NCBI RefSeq assembly: GCF_041248615.1
Contig: NZ_CP158426.1
DNA from: Escherichia coli
Lineage (GTDB): Bacteria > Pseudomonadota > Gammaproteobacteria > Enterobacterales > Enterobacteriaceae
Direction: 5' to 3' (one strand)
DNA length: 64,000 bases
Positions 44,978-55,543 of this stretch are shown here, piece after piece. How positions within the stretch are numbered: position 1 is the stretch's first letter; each line of letters starts with the position of its first letter. The notes beneath the pieces were generated by a model, which saw only the letters and a program-made list of their open reading frames with translations, was not told the DNA's origin and ran no database searches. The position numbers and the translations under genes were made by a program.

Positions 44978-47251
44978 ATGGGAAGCCCCTCTCTGTATTC
45001 TGCCCGTAAAACAGCCCTGGCGTTGGCAGTCGCCTTAAGTTTCGCCTGGCAAGCGCCGGTATTTGCCCACGGTGGTGAAGCGCATATGGTGCCAATGGAT
45101 AAAACGCTTAAAGAATTTGGTGCCGATGTGCAGTGGGACGACTACGCCCAGATCTTTACCCTGATTAAAGATGGCGCGTACGTGAAAGTGAAGCCTGGTG
45201 CGCAAACAGCAATTGTTAATGGTCAGCCTCTGGCACTGCAAGTCCCGGTAGTGATGAAAGACAATAAAGCCTGGGTTTCTGACACCTTTATTAACGATGT
45301 TTTCCAGTCCGGGCTGGATCAAACCTTTCAGGTAGAAAAGCGCCCTCACCCACTTAATGCGCTAACTGCGGACGAAATTAAACAGGCCGTTGAAATTGTT
45401 AAAGCTTCCGCGGACTTCAAACCCAATACCCGTTTTACTGAGATCTCCCTGCTACCGCCAGATAAAGAGGCTGTCTGGGCGTTTGCGCTGGAAAACAAAC
45501 CGGTTGACCAGCCGCGCAAAGCCGACGTCATTATGCTCGACGGCAAACATATCATCGAAGCGGTAGTGGATCTGCAAAACAACAAATTGCTCTCCTGGCA
45601 ACCCATTAAAGACGCCCACGGAATGGTGTTGCTGGATGATTTCGCCAGTGTGCAGAACATTATTAACAACAGTGAAGAATTTGCCGCTGCCGTGAAGAAG
45701 CGCGGTATTACTGATACGAAGAAAGTGATTACCACGCCGCTGACCGTAGGTTATTTCGATGGTAAAGATGGCCTGAAACAAGATGCCCGGTTGCTCAAAG
45801 TCATCAGCTATCTTGATGTCGGTGATGGCAACTACTGGGCACATCCCATCGAAAACCTGGTGGCGGTCGTTGATTTAGAACAGAAAAAAATCGTTAAGAT
45901 TGAAGAAGGTCCGGTAGTTCCGGTGCCAATGACCGCACGCCCATTTGATGGCCGTGACCGTGTTGCTCCGGCAGTTAAGCCTATGCAAATCATCGAGCCT
46001 GAAGGTAAAAATTACACCATTACTGGCGATATGATTCACTGGCGTAACTGGGATTTTCACCTCAGCATGAATTCTCGCGTCGGGCCGATGATCTCCACCG
46101 TGACTTATAACGACAATGGCACCAAACGCAAAGTCATGTACGAAGGTTCTCTCGGCGGCATGATTGTACCTTACGGTGATCCTGATATTGGCTGGTACTT
46201 TAAAGCGTATCTGGACTCTGGTGACTACGGTATGGGCACGCTAACCTCGCCAATTGCCCGTGGTAAAGATGCACCGTCTAACGCAGTGCTCCTTAATGAA
46301 ACCATTGCCGACTACACTGGCGTGCCGATGGAGATCCCTCGCGCTATCGCGGTATTTGAACGTTATGCCGGGCCGGAGTATAAGCATCAGGAAATGGGCC
46401 AGCCCAACGTCAGTACCGAACGCCGGGAGTTGGTGGTGCGCTGGATCAGTACAGTGGGTAACTATGACTACATTTTTGACTGGATCTTCCATGAAAACGG
46501 CACTATTGGCATTGATGCCGGTGCTACGGGCATCGAAGCGGTGAAAGGTGTTAAAGCGAAAACCATGCACGATGAGACGGCGAAAGATGACACGCGCTAC
46601 GGCACGCTTATCGATCACAATATCGTGGGTACTACACACCAACATATTTATAATTTCCGCCTCGATCTGGATGTAGATGGCGAAAATAACAGCCTGGTGG
46701 CGATGGATCCGGTGGTAAAACCGAATACTGCCGGTGGCCCACGCACCAGTACCATGCAAGTTAATCAGTACAACATCGGCAATGAACAGGATGCCGCGCA
46801 GAAGTTTGATCCGGGCACGATTCGTCTGTTGAGTAACCCGAACAAAGAGAACCGCATGGGCAATCCGGTTTCCTATCAAATTATTCCTTATGCAGGTGGT
46901 ACTCACCCGGTAGCAAAAGGTGCCCAGTTCGCCCCGGACGAGTGGATCTATCATCGTTTAAGCTTTATGGACAAGCAACTTTGGGTAACGCGTTACCATC
47001 CTGGCGAGCGTTTCCCTGAAGGCAAATACCCGAACCGTTCCACTCATGACACCGGTCTTGGACAATACAGTAAGGATAACGAGTCGCTGAACAACACCGA
47101 CGCCGTTGTCTGGATGACCACCGGCACCACACATGTGGCCCGTGCCGAAGAGTGGCCGATTATGCCGACCGAATGGGTACATACTCTGCTTAAACCATGG
47201 AACTTCTTTGACGAAACGCCAACGCTAGGGGCGATAAAGAAAGATAAGTGA
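44978..47251 (+). CDS. tynA: periplasmic copper/topaquinone primary amine oxidase TynA (757-aa precursor)
   Basis: Track ORF 44942-47251 trimmed to MGSPSLYSARKTALALAVALSFAWQAPVFA (signal peptide); recognised as TynA. Confidence 0.93.
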   Translation: MGSPSLYSARKTALALAVALSFAWQAPVFAHGGEAHMVPMDKTLKEFGADVQWDDYAQIFTLIKDGAYVKVKPGAQTAIVNGQPLALQVPVVMKDNKAWVSDTFINDVFQSGLDQTFQVEKRPHPLNALTADEIKQAVEIVKASADFKPNTRFTEISLLPPDKEAVWAFALENKPVDQPRKADVIMLDGKHIIEAVVDLQNNKLLSWQPIKDAHGMVLLDDFASVQNIINNSEEFAAAVKKRGITDTKKVITTPLTVGYFDGKDGLKQDARLLKVISYLDVGDGNYWAHPIENLVAVVDLEQKKIVKIEEGPVVPVPMTARPFDGRDRVAPAVKPMQIIEPEGKNYTITGDMIHWRNWDFHLSMNSRVGPMISTVTYNDNGTKRKVMYEGSLGGMIVPYGDPDIGWYFKAYLDSGDYGMGTLTSPIARGKDAPSNAVLLNETIADYTGVPMEIPRAIAVFERYAGPEYKHQEMGQPNVSTERRELVVRWISTVGNYDYIFDWIFHENGTIGIDAGATGIEAVKGVKAKTMHDETAKDDTRYGTLIDHNIVGTTHQHIYNFRLDLDVDGENNSLVAMDPVVKPNTAGGPRTSTMQVNQYNIGNEQDAAQKFDPGTIRLLSNPNKENRMGNPVSYQIIPYAGGTHPVAKGAQFAPDEWIYHRLSFMDKQLWVTRYHPGERFPEGKYPNRSTHDTGLGQYSKDNESLNNTDAVVWMTTGTTHVARAEEWPIMPTEWVHTLLKPWNFFDETPTLGAIKKDK

Positions 47252-47263
47252 TTGTTTCAGACT

Positions 47264-47291
47264 AAAAAAACGGCACCAGGTGCCGTTTTTT
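47264..47291. terminator. bidirectional intrinsic terminator between tynA and feaB
   Basis: A7-CGGCACC-AGG-TGCCG-T6 palindrome between convergent stop codons. Confidence 0.65.
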
Positions 47292-47309
47292 ACTTATGCG
47301 CGAATCAGA

Positions 47310-48809
47310 TTAATACCGTACACACACCGATTTAGTTTCACACCAACCGTCCAGCCAGTCCGGGCCAAAATCACGGCCTGTTCCTGACTGCTTCATCCCA
47401 CCAAACGGTAAGTTAGCGTCAATTAAGGTATGACTGTTTACCCACACCGTACCAGCCTGTAAGCGATCGCTATATTCCAGAGCCCGGGAGAGATTTTGCG
47501 TCCAGACGCTGGCAGTTAAGCCATATTCCGTGTCGTTTGCCAGTTGTAACGCCTCTTCTCCGTCTGCTACTCGCACCAGGTTAACCACCGGACCAAACAC
47601 CTCTTCACGAGTTAAGCGCAATTTAGCATCGGGATTTACCACCAGCGTTGGCGCAACATAATACCCCTCTCCGGCTGGTCCATTCGACCCGCGAATCAGC
47701 TCTGCTTGCTGTGCCTGCGCATCGTCAAGGAATGAACGCACTTTGTCGCAGTGCGCACGAGAAACCAAAGGGTTAATCTGTGCAACAGGTGACATCCCCG
47801 GTCCCACTTGCAACGATTTTACCGCCTGCTCAAATCCACTAACCATCGTGTCAAACAACGGCGCTTCAATATAAATTCGCGAACTGGCGGCGCATACTTG
47901 TCCCTGATTCAGGAAGCTTCCGGTCATCAAGCCTTCAATAACCCATTGCGGATCAGCATCTTTTAATACAATTGCCGGGTTTTTACCGCCCAGTTCCAGC
48001 GTTACACGCGTTAAGCGATCAGCAGCAGTTCTGGCAATACCTTTTCCCGTCGCGGTTGAACCGGTAAAACTGATTTTCGCAACATGAGGATGTGACGTCA
48101 GGGCCGCGCCGCATACAGCACCGGCCCCGGTGACCACATTAAAAACGCCATCAGGGATACCAGCCTCGCTGGCCAGTTCCGCCACGCGCAACATCGTCAG
48201 TGGCGTGGTTTCCGAAGGCTTAATCACGATTGAACAGCCTGCTGCCAGTGCTGGCATCACCTTCCACATGCCAATCATCAACGGAAAGTTCCATGGCACA
48301 ATTCCCGCTACCACGCCAACCGGCTCTTTACGCGTCCAGGCCTGATAACGCGCCCCCTGGGGTAAGGGAATCGACAAGTCCAGCGTTTTACCCGCGATTT
48401 TGGTCGTTAACCCGGCGGTATAACGCATCCAGTTCAGCGTACAGCCAACTTCAAAAGCACGGGAAATGGCAATTGACTTGCCTTGCTCCAGGGTTTCCAG
48501 TTGCGCCAGCTCCTCACTGTGCAGCTCAACCAGATCGGCAAAACGTAGCAGGATACGTTCACGCTCTGCAGGTAATCGCCCGGCCCAGCGACGCGAGACG
48601 AAGGCGCGCCATGCAGACATGACTGCGTTATCTACATCCGCTTCGTTGGCATCAGCAGTTGACGCAATTTCTTGCCCGGTTGCTGGATCAAAGATCGCTA
48701 ACCGTTTTTCACTTTGTGCGGGGCCAGGACGACCATCAATATAAAGACCGTGTTGACGATCGAGAAACTGTTGGACCTGGCTTAATACTGCTACATGCGG
48801 CTCTGTCAT
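47310..48809 (-). CDS. feaB: phenylacetaldehyde dehydrogenase FeaB (499 aa)
   Basis: Track ORF trimmed by one codon; aldehyde dehydrogenase family; recognised as FeaB. Confidence 0.92.
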   Translation of the reverse strand: MTEPHVAVLSQVQQFLDRQHGLYIDGRPGPAQSEKRLAIFDPATGQEIASTADANEADVDNAVMSAWRAFVSRRWAGRLPAERERILLRFADLVELHSEELAQLETLEQGKSIAISRAFEVGCTLNWMRYTAGLTTKIAGKTLDLSIPLPQGARYQAWTRKEPVGVVAGIVPWNFPLMIGMWKVMPALAAGCSIVIKPSETTPLTMLRVAELASEAGIPDGVFNVVTGAGAVCGAALTSHPHVAKISFTGSTATGKGIARTAADRLTRVTLELGGKNPAIVLKDADPQWVIEGLMTGSFLNQGQVCAASSRIYIEAPLFDTMVSGFEQAVKSLQVGPGMSPVAQINPLVSRAHCDKVRSFLDDAQAQQAELIRGSNGPAGEGYYVAPTLVVNPDAKLRLTREEVFGPVVNLVRVADGEEALQLANDTEYGLTASVWTQNLSRALEYSDRLQAGTVWVNSHTLIDANLPFGGMKQSGTGRDFGPDWLDGWCETKSVCVRY

Positions 48810-49044
48810 CACTTTTCCTTATTATTTACCCAGTGTGATTTCAGTGTACGCAGCGACAAGAAAAGTCACTTTTTTCGCTGTGACATTCGCTTTGTCAGCT
48901 GTGACAAGCTCCGCAAATCGTGACAATAACCGCTTATGTCTCTATGCCTGACAAGACTTATTTCCTATAGTCAGGCTCATTAGCTTCGTTTATTGCAACA
49001 CAAATGCAACAATAAAAATACATTTCACAGAGCGAAAACGTGCC

Positions 49045-49950
49045 ATGAACCCCGCAGTGGATAATGAGTTTCAGCAATGGCTTTCCCAAATCAATCAGGT
49101 ATGCGGAAATTTTACCGGACGCCTGCTGACTGAGCGTTACACGGGTGTACTGGATACGCATTTTGCCAAAGGACTAAAGCTGAGTACCGTGACAACCAAC
49201 GGGGTGAATTTATCCCGCACCTGGCAGGAAATAAAAGGCAGCGACGATGCCTGGTTTTACACCGTTTTTCAGCTTAGTGGTCAGGCAATAATGGAGCAGG
49301 ATGAGCGTCAGGTGCAGATTGGCGCTGGCGATATTACGTTACTCGATGCCTCACGCCCCTGTTCGCTTTACTGGCAGGAGTCTTCTAAACAGATTTCATT
49401 ACTTTTACCACGCACTCTGCTGGAACAATATTTTCCCCATCAAAAACCTGTCTGCGCAGAAAGACTGGACGCTGACTTACCCATGGTGCAACTCAGTCAT
49501 CGCCTGTTACAGGAGAGCATGAATAATCCAGCACTTTCTGAAACAGAAAGTGAAGCTGCGCTACAGGCGATGGTGTGTCTGCTTCGCCCAGTACTTCATC
49601 AGCGGGAATCTGTCCAACCTCGCCGTGAACGTCAGTTTCAAAAAGTGGTTACGTTGATAGACGATAATATTCGCGAAGAGATATTACGCCCGGAGTGGAT
49701 AGCCGCAGAAACGGGTATGTCAGTACGTAGTTTGTACCGAATGTTTGCCGATAAAGGTTTGGTAGTCGCGCAATATATTCGTAACCGTCGTCTCGATTTT
49801 TGTGCAGATGCAATTCGCCATGCCGCAGATGATGAAAAACTGGCAGGCATCGGCTTTCATTGGGGATTTTCTGACCAGAGTCATTTTTCAACGGTATTTA
49901 AGCAACGCTTTGGGATGACGCCAGGCGAGTATCGACGTAAATTCCGCTAA
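49045..49950 (+). CDS. feaR: AraC-family activator FeaR (301 aa)
   Basis: Track ORF; C-terminal AraC-type helix-turn-helix; divergent from feaB. Confidence 0.92.
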   Translation: MNPAVDNEFQQWLSQINQVCGNFTGRLLTERYTGVLDTHFAKGLKLSTVTTNGVNLSRTWQEIKGSDDAWFYTVFQLSGQAIMEQDERQVQIGAGDITLLDASRPCSLYWQESSKQISLLLPRTLLEQYFPHQKPVCAERLDADLPMVQLSHRLLQESMNNPALSETESEAALQAMVCLLRPVLHQRESVQPRRERQFQKVVTLIDDNIREEILRPEWIAAETGMSVRSLYRMFADKGLVVAQYIRNRRLDFCADAIRHAADDEKLAGIGFHWGFSDQSHFSTVFKQRFGMTPGEYRRKFR

Positions 49951-50121
49951 CTAATTGGCGTTGTGTGTACTGCAACGCGAATTAGTTAAAACAGATATTT
50001 GACTATGCATTTTTCAGGGCGAGAGGCAATTTGACAGGAGTTTTTGAATAATCATCTTGTTTCCGGAAAATAGATTAATCGCCTTCTCCTGTAGAATTAT
50101 CCCGATATTGCAGTTTTGCTA

Positions 50122-50448
50122 TTAAAATTTTCGCACCCATTTACCGTTTATCCCTTGTATATATTCCCCCGGTTTAGCCCGAGCTACGAGCTTTTGCCCG
50201 GCGAGTTTCGCGATATCATCTACCGAGACATTATTTTGCTTTGCCAGTTGTTGGTAACTCGCTTTACGTTCGGCATTAATGTCGTTTACTAATTTCTCTG
50301 TTTCAGCATCTGTTTTCAGCGCAACCAGATAACCATAAAATGTTTCCCCTACCCGCCCCTGAGTTCTGGCTTCATCCAGAGTCAATGCCATTACATTGCT
50401 GCTTACAAGCCCAACAAGAAACGCACAAAGAAGTAATGTTTTCTTCAT
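50122..50448 (-). CDS. ydbL: DUF1318 periplasmic protein YdbL (108 aa)
   Basis: Track ORF 50122-50529 trimmed to MKKTLLLCAFLVGLVSSNVMA (signal peptide). Confidence 0.85.
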   Translation of the reverse strand: MKKTLLLCAFLVGLVSSNVMALTLDEARTQGRVGETFYGYLVALKTDAETEKLVNDINAERKASYQQLAKQNNVSVDDIAKLAGQKLVARAKPGEYIQGINGKWVRKF

Positions 50449-50455
50449 CATCGCC

Positions 50456-50641
50456 TCAGAAAAGATCGCTACGAGTCTCAAGCAGCTCTTCGACATCTTT
50501 GTCTGCCTTGATGATGATCTCATGCTCAATTTTAACGTTCATATTGATAGTGATCGGTTCCTTAGGTGCAGCGACTTCAATGCGAGGCGTACAGCCAACC
50601 AGCATAAAAGATGACGTCAACGCAGCCAGTAAAATTTTCAT
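50456..50641 (-). CDS. ynbE: small lipoprotein YnbE (61 aa)
   Basis: Track ORF; lipobox LVGC; between ydbH and ydbL. Confidence 0.85.
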   Translation of the reverse strand: MKILLAALTSSFMLVGCTPRIEVAAPKEPITINMNVKIEHEIIIKADKDVEELLETRSDLF

Positions 50642-53277
50642 TGTTTTTCCTCACACTCTTTTCCTTGCGGACAGTCATTTCCCGGCAGACGTGCGTTCTG
50701 CTCCAACCATGCCTGGAGATTATCGCCAAAGCGTAAACTGCGCCACAGCGTAAAAATATTCTCTTCATGATGGTAATTAAGGTTTACCGTACCGCTTTTA
50801 CCATCAACGCGACTGGTACCTGTAATGTTGGCCTGCATGGTTAATAAACCGAGATTATCTAAATTAATATTTGTCGATGAACGGCTAATTTCCATATAGC
50901 GCAACCAGTTAATTGCTGAACCCGCAGTCATATTGTCTTTCACCACCGCATCTGCGGTGTCTTTATCCAGCCGCAAGGTCATTGGCCCGCTATTTGCCAG
51001 CCAGCCATCTTTCACTATCCATTTTTCGTTGTTTAGCCATAACGGCAATGCACCACTAAATGCCCCGGACATGGCGAATTGTTTCGGATTGACGGCGCTA
51101 ACCAGTTCGCTGGATGAGAGATTATTCAGCCGCAACAGCGCCGGGTCATGTTGCGGCATACGTAATTGTTTCATCAGCACGTTACCGCCTAACACATCGA
51201 CGCTAACATCAGTCAACAACAATGGTTCTTCTTCTGTCCACGGATAGCGCCCTTGCAAATCAGCCGTAATATTTTTCGCTGTCACCAGATTAATCACTTC
51301 GGCAATTCGCAACGTAACGGGGCCGCGAGTCCCCAGATGCCAGGCTCCATCGGCAAAACGGAAAGGCAGGACAAAATCGACACCGTTAACCTGATTATCT
51401 GGCATCCAGGCACTACCGCCTTTCAACACACCGTGCCCTCCCGCGCGGAATCCTTGTTCAGGCGCAGCAGAAAATGCGACCTGAGCATACAGTTCGCCAT
51501 CGCGTAAGTTCATCTTCCAGTCGGGTGGCACCAGCGGCTGGAATACGGTCAGTGATTGTTTAGGCCACCAGGCGTTACCGCGCAGACGAATACCGTCCCA
51601 GCGACCATTTACCCGAACCGGGCCAATCTCACCAGCATGTAAATCGCCTTTATATAGGAAATACGTCGGATCGCGTCCATCGACGCTAAATTTTAAGGTT
51701 GATGGCGGTAACACACTGCCGCCAGTGAACAGCGTTTGCCCGGCGTCCAGTGACAGCGCGCCGCTAAAGGAGGGATGCTGTGCGTCACGTACCCAGACGA
51801 CGGGCTTGTCGAGAATTAATCGCGGCTTTTCTACCGTCATCGTACCGTATTGTAACTGGTCGAAACCGGTGGAGAGATCGGTCAGCGTAATCGTGCTGTC
51901 ATGCCACTCACCTTTTCCTGCAACATCCCAGGTGGCATTCATCGGTGTAAAACTCCCTTTTCCCCAGTAGCGCCACTGCCAGCGGCCAGCGTCAGGGAGA
52001 AAATCATTCGCCAGCCCATCCATATGCAGCACGAAATCGCCCAGTTCATTTTCATGCGCCTGCAAAATGGCCTGCAAACGTCCGTCAACACCACGTTGGG
52101 TGACTTTTACACCCGCTAAAGGCCAGCGGATTTCATCGATGTCCAGCGAATCGATGACTCTTCCCTTCGAACGTAATAACGCGCCTGGCTCAAAGGCCAG
52201 CGTTGGGTCAGTCAGACTTCCGCTTAGCTGCGCAGGTAAGCGGGCATATAAAATGAGATCCGCCTGTTTCGCTTCACCGGTCAGCTGCAAAGGCAGCTGG
52301 CTGTTATCCATGCTTAATTTTCCAGGGCCAAAATTAAGCACCGCGTTGCCCTTACCCGCTTGCCCCTGGGTCAGCACACTCAGTCGTCCGCTGACCAGAG
52401 CGTTCTCGAGCCCTGCCTGCCAGTTGTCGACTTTGACACCCAGTCTGCCACTCAAAGGAAAACCTGCATACGGCCAGCTCCAGCGACCATCGCTTACAGT
52501 CAATTGTTGGCGAGTAATTTGCCACGGCAGATCGAGCAACGGATCGCCATTATCCCGTGCCAGCACAATCAATTGCCCGCTATTTTCCTGCCAGTCCAGC
52601 TCGGCATCCACCAGTGAAGGCTCCTGCGGCAAGTTTAACGTCGCAGTAGCATGACCACTTACAGGAAGTCCATCCGGCACTAGCGGCATAGTAAATTCCC
52701 CCACCAGTTTAACCGGCGGCTGATTTTCAAACGCGACGACATCCAGTTCGCTGACTGTAAGTTGTTGCCCTTTCAGCTGGCCTTGAAATTTAACTTTTTC
52801 GCCCTGATAACGCAGTTGCTGGATATCGGAGGTTAATGCGAGAGAGAGTTTTCCCTGCCATTCCTGCCAGGGAGAAAAAATCAGTTTATCGATATTGATC
52901 CAGGTGTTAGGCAACATGGCCTGCCACTGCGCGAGGATTTTTGGAGCAGCTGGCGATTGCTCCGTCTGCGGCAATTTCGCCAGACAAGCAGAATCAAGTT
53001 CTACCGTACCGACGTTCAATAACCAGCGGCTGGGATGTGAAAGGCTGGCGTTGGTGATATGCGCAAGCTGACAATCTCCCACCAGATAACGGAGATCGGG
53101 GATGATTAAACCTTTACGCGTAATGCGTGGGCTTTCATCTAATGCAATACGTGTCCCGAGCGGTAGCCAGATGCCCGCCAGCGTGGGAACCCACAAGCCG
53201 AGCGTCATCAGCAGCGTCAACGGCACAAGAATAATCAGTAATAACAGCGCGAGAACGGCTTTATATTTACCCAGCAT
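50638..53277 (-). CDS. ydbH: AsmA/TamB-like large envelope protein YdbH (879 aa)
   Basis: Track ORF; N-terminal membrane anchor; length and operon context (ydbH-ynbE-ydbL) match. Confidence 0.9.
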   Translation of the reverse strand: MLGKYKAVLALLLLIILVPLTLLMTLGLWVPTLAGIWLPLGTRIALDESPRITRKGLIIPDLRYLVGDCQLAHITNASLSHPSRWLLNVGTVELDSACLAKLPQTEQSPAAPKILAQWQAMLPNTWINIDKLIFSPWQEWQGKLSLALTSDIQQLRYQGEKVKFQGQLKGQQLTVSELDVVAFENQPPVKLVGEFTMPLVPDGLPVSGHATATLNLPQEPSLVDAELDWQENSGQLIVLARDNGDPLLDLPWQITRQQLTVSDGRWSWPYAGFPLSGRLGVKVDNWQAGLENALVSGRLSVLTQGQAGKGNAVLNFGPGKLSMDNSQLPLQLTGEAKQADLILYARLPAQLSGSLTDPTLAFEPGALLRSKGRVIDSLDIDEIRWPLAGVKVTQRGVDGRLQAILQAHENELGDFVLHMDGLANDFLPDAGRWQWRYWGKGSFTPMNATWDVAGKGEWHDSTITLTDLSTGFDQLQYGTMTVEKPRLILDKPVVWVRDAQHPSFSGALSLDAGQTLFTGGSVLPPSTLKFSVDGRDPTYFLYKGDLHAGEIGPVRVNGRWDGIRLRGNAWWPKQSLTVFQPLVPPDWKMNLRDGELYAQVAFSAAPEQGFRAGGHGVLKGGSAWMPDNQVNGVDFVLPFRFADGAWHLGTRGPVTLRIAEVINLVTAKNITADLQGRYPWTEEEPLLLTDVSVDVLGGNVLMKQLRMPQHDPALLRLNNLSSSELVSAVNPKQFAMSGAFSGALPLWLNNEKWIVKDGWLANSGPMTLRLDKDTADAVVKDNMTAGSAINWLRYMEISRSSTNINLDNLGLLTMQANITGTSRVDGKSGTVNLNYHHEENIFTLWRSLRFGDNLQAWLEQNARLPGNDCPQGKECEEKQ

Positions 53278-53484
53278 GGGTAGTTAATATCCTGATTTAG
53301 CGAAAAATTAAGCATTCAATACGGGTATTGTGGCATGTTTAACCGTTCAGTTGAAGGTTGCGCCTACACTAAGCATAGTTGTTGATGAATTTTTCAATAT
53401 CGCCATGGCTTTCAATTATATTTGAAATTTTGTAAAATATTTTTAGTAGCTTAAATGTGATTCAACATCACTGGAGAAAGTCTT

Positions 53485-54474
53485 ATGAAACTCGCCGTTT
53501 ATAGCACAAAACAGTACGACAAGAAGTACCTGCAACAGGTGAACGAGTCCTTTGGCTTTGAGCTGGAATTTTTTGACTTTCTGCTGACGGAAAAAACCGC
53601 TAAAACTGCCAATGGCTGCGAAGCGGTATGTATTTTCGTAAACGATGACGGCAGCCGCCCGGTGCTGGAAGAGCTGAAAAAGCACGGCGTTAAATATATC
53701 GCCCTGCGCTGTGCCGGTTTTAATAACGTCGACCTTGACGCGGCAAAAGAACTGGGGCTGAAAGTAGTCCGTGTTCCAGCCTATGATCCAGAAGCCGTTG
53801 CTGAACACGCCATCGGTATGATGATGACGCTGAACCGCCGTATTCATCGCGCGTATCAGCGTACTCGTGACGCCAACTTCTCTCTGGAAGGTCTGACCGG
53901 CTTTACTATGTATGGCAAAACGGCAGGCGTTATCGGTACCGGTAAAATCGGTGTGGCGATGCTGCGCATTCTGAAAGGTTTTGGTATGCGTCTGCTGGCA
54001 TTCGATCCGTATCCAAGTGCGGCGGCACTGGAACTCGGTGTGGAGTATGTCGATCTGCCAACCCTGTTCTCTGAATCAGACGTTATCTCTCTGCACTGCC
54101 CGCTGACACCGGAAAACTACCATCTGTTGAACGAAGCCGCCTTCGATCAGATGAAAAATGGCGTGATGATCGTCAATACCAGTCGCGGTGCATTGATTGA
54201 TTCTCAGGCGGCAATTGAAGCGCTGAAAAATCAGAAAATTGGTTCGTTGGGTATGGACGTGTATGAGAACGAACGCGATCTGTTCTTTGAAGACAAATCC
54301 AACGACGTGATCCAGGATGACGTATTCCGTCGTCTGTCTGCCTGCCACAACGTGCTGTTTACCGGGCACCAGGCATTCCTGACAGCAGAAGCACTGACCA
54401 GTATTTCTCAGACTACGCTGCAAAACTTAAGCAATCTGGAAAAAGGCGAAACCTGCCCGAACGAACTGGTTTAA
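53485..54474 (+). CDS. ldhA: fermentative D-lactate dehydrogenase LdhA (329 aa)
   Basis: Track ORF; D-2-hydroxyacid dehydrogenase family with NAD-binding GTGKIG; recognised as LdhA. Confidence 0.95.
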   Translation: MKLAVYSTKQYDKKYLQQVNESFGFELEFFDFLLTEKTAKTANGCEAVCIFVNDDGSRPVLEELKKHGVKYIALRCAGFNNVDLDAAKELGLKVVRVPAYDPEAVAEHAIGMMMTLNRRIHRAYQRTRDANFSLEGLTGFTMYGKTAGVIGTGKIGVAMLRILKGFGMRLLAFDPYPSAAALELGVEYVDLPTLFSESDVISLHCPLTPENYHLLNEAAFDQMKNGVMIVNTSRGALIDSQAAIEALKNQKIGSLGMDVYENERDLFFEDKSNDVIQDDVFRRLSACHNVLFTGHQAFLTAEALTSISQTTLQNLSNLEKGETCPNELV

Positions 54475-54584
54475 TCTTGCCGCTCCCCTGCATTCCAGGG
54501 GAGCTTATTCAGATAATCCCCAAAGACCTTTCATCCTCTATTCTTAAAATAGTCCTGAGTCAGAAACTGTAATTGAGAACCACA

Positions 54585-55007
54585 ATGAAGAAAGTAGCCG
54601 CGCTCGTTGCGCTAAGCCTGCTGATGGCGGGATGTGTAAGTAATGACAAAATTGCTGTAACCCCAGAACAGCTACAGCATCATCGCTTTGTGCTGGAAAG
54701 CGTAAACGGTAAGCCCGTGACCAGCGATAAAAATCCGCCAGAAATCAGCTTTGGTGAAAAGATGATGATTTCCGGCAGCATGTGTAACCGCTTTAGCGGT
54801 GAAGGCAAACTGTCTAATGGTGAACTGACAGCCAAAGGGCTGGCAATGACCCGTATGATGTGCGCTAACCCGCAGCTTAATGAACTCGATAACACCATTA
54901 GCGAAATGCTGAAAGAAGGTGCACAAGTGGATCTGACCGCGAACCAGTTAACGCTGGCGACCGCGAAACAGACATTAACTTATAAGCTGGCGGATTTAAT
55001 GAATTAA
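54585..55007 (+). CDS. hslJ: heat-shock lipoprotein HslJ (140 aa)
   Basis: Track ORF 54573-55007 trimmed to MKKVAALVALSLLMAGC (lipobox). Confidence 0.9.
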   Translation: MKKVAALVALSLLMAGCVSNDKIAVTPEQLQHHRFVLESVNGKPVTSDKNPPEISFGEKMMISGSMCNRFSGEGKLSNGELTAKGLAMTRMMCANPQLNELDNTISEMLKEGAQVDLTANQLTLATAKQTLTYKLADLMN

Positions 55008-55270
55008 TAGCTGCCACAGCTCCCGGCGGCAAGTGACTGTTCGCTACAGCGTTTGCCGTTGGGTAATGCACACATCCCAATCGCCGTACCATCCAGTTGA
55101 CGGGCAACAGAAAGCGAACCGCCGATCATTGCACAATTTGCTTCTCCACTACTGGACATCGACGCTTTTAAACCTGGCGCTACGTGCGCCGCAGTCGCCT
55201 GCTGAACAGGTTCACTACTACACGCCGACAATAATAAAGCGGCACACCCTACCCAAAACGCTGCTCGCAT
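55004..55270 (-). CDS. ydbJ: DUF333 small lipoprotein YdbJ (88 aa)
   Basis: Track ORF; lipobox LLSAC; convergent 4-nt overlap with hslJ. Confidence 0.85.
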   Translation of the reverse strand: MRAAFWVGCAALLLSACSSEPVQQATAAHVAPGLKASMSSSGEANCAMIGGSLSVARQLDGTAIGMCALPNGKRCSEQSLAAGSCGSY

Positions 55271-55543
55271 CTTTTCTTCCTCTGATCTTCAAGCCAAACG
55301 ACACCGCCATAAATAATAGGCAGCACAGAGGGCGGCGTCGAGAGCTGTCCTGCGCGTTGCCCCGCATTTTTACTTTTTTATGGCTATTTTTTTGCCCTCT
55401 GTTTGATCAAAACATTCATTACGCTGATGTGGGGGACACAAAAGCGAAAATGCAGAAGAAAGCCATTTGCTAAAATTGAAAGATAACTACTGGGCGCGCA
55501 GCAATTTCGTGCGCCCCTCATTTGCGCAATGTAAGGGTGTCAT

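Noticed and set aside
55033-55473. 146-codon plus-strand ORF
   Set aside because: Lies antisense to ydbJ and across the ydbK promoter region, rich in rare codons with no SD; judged a chance open frame.
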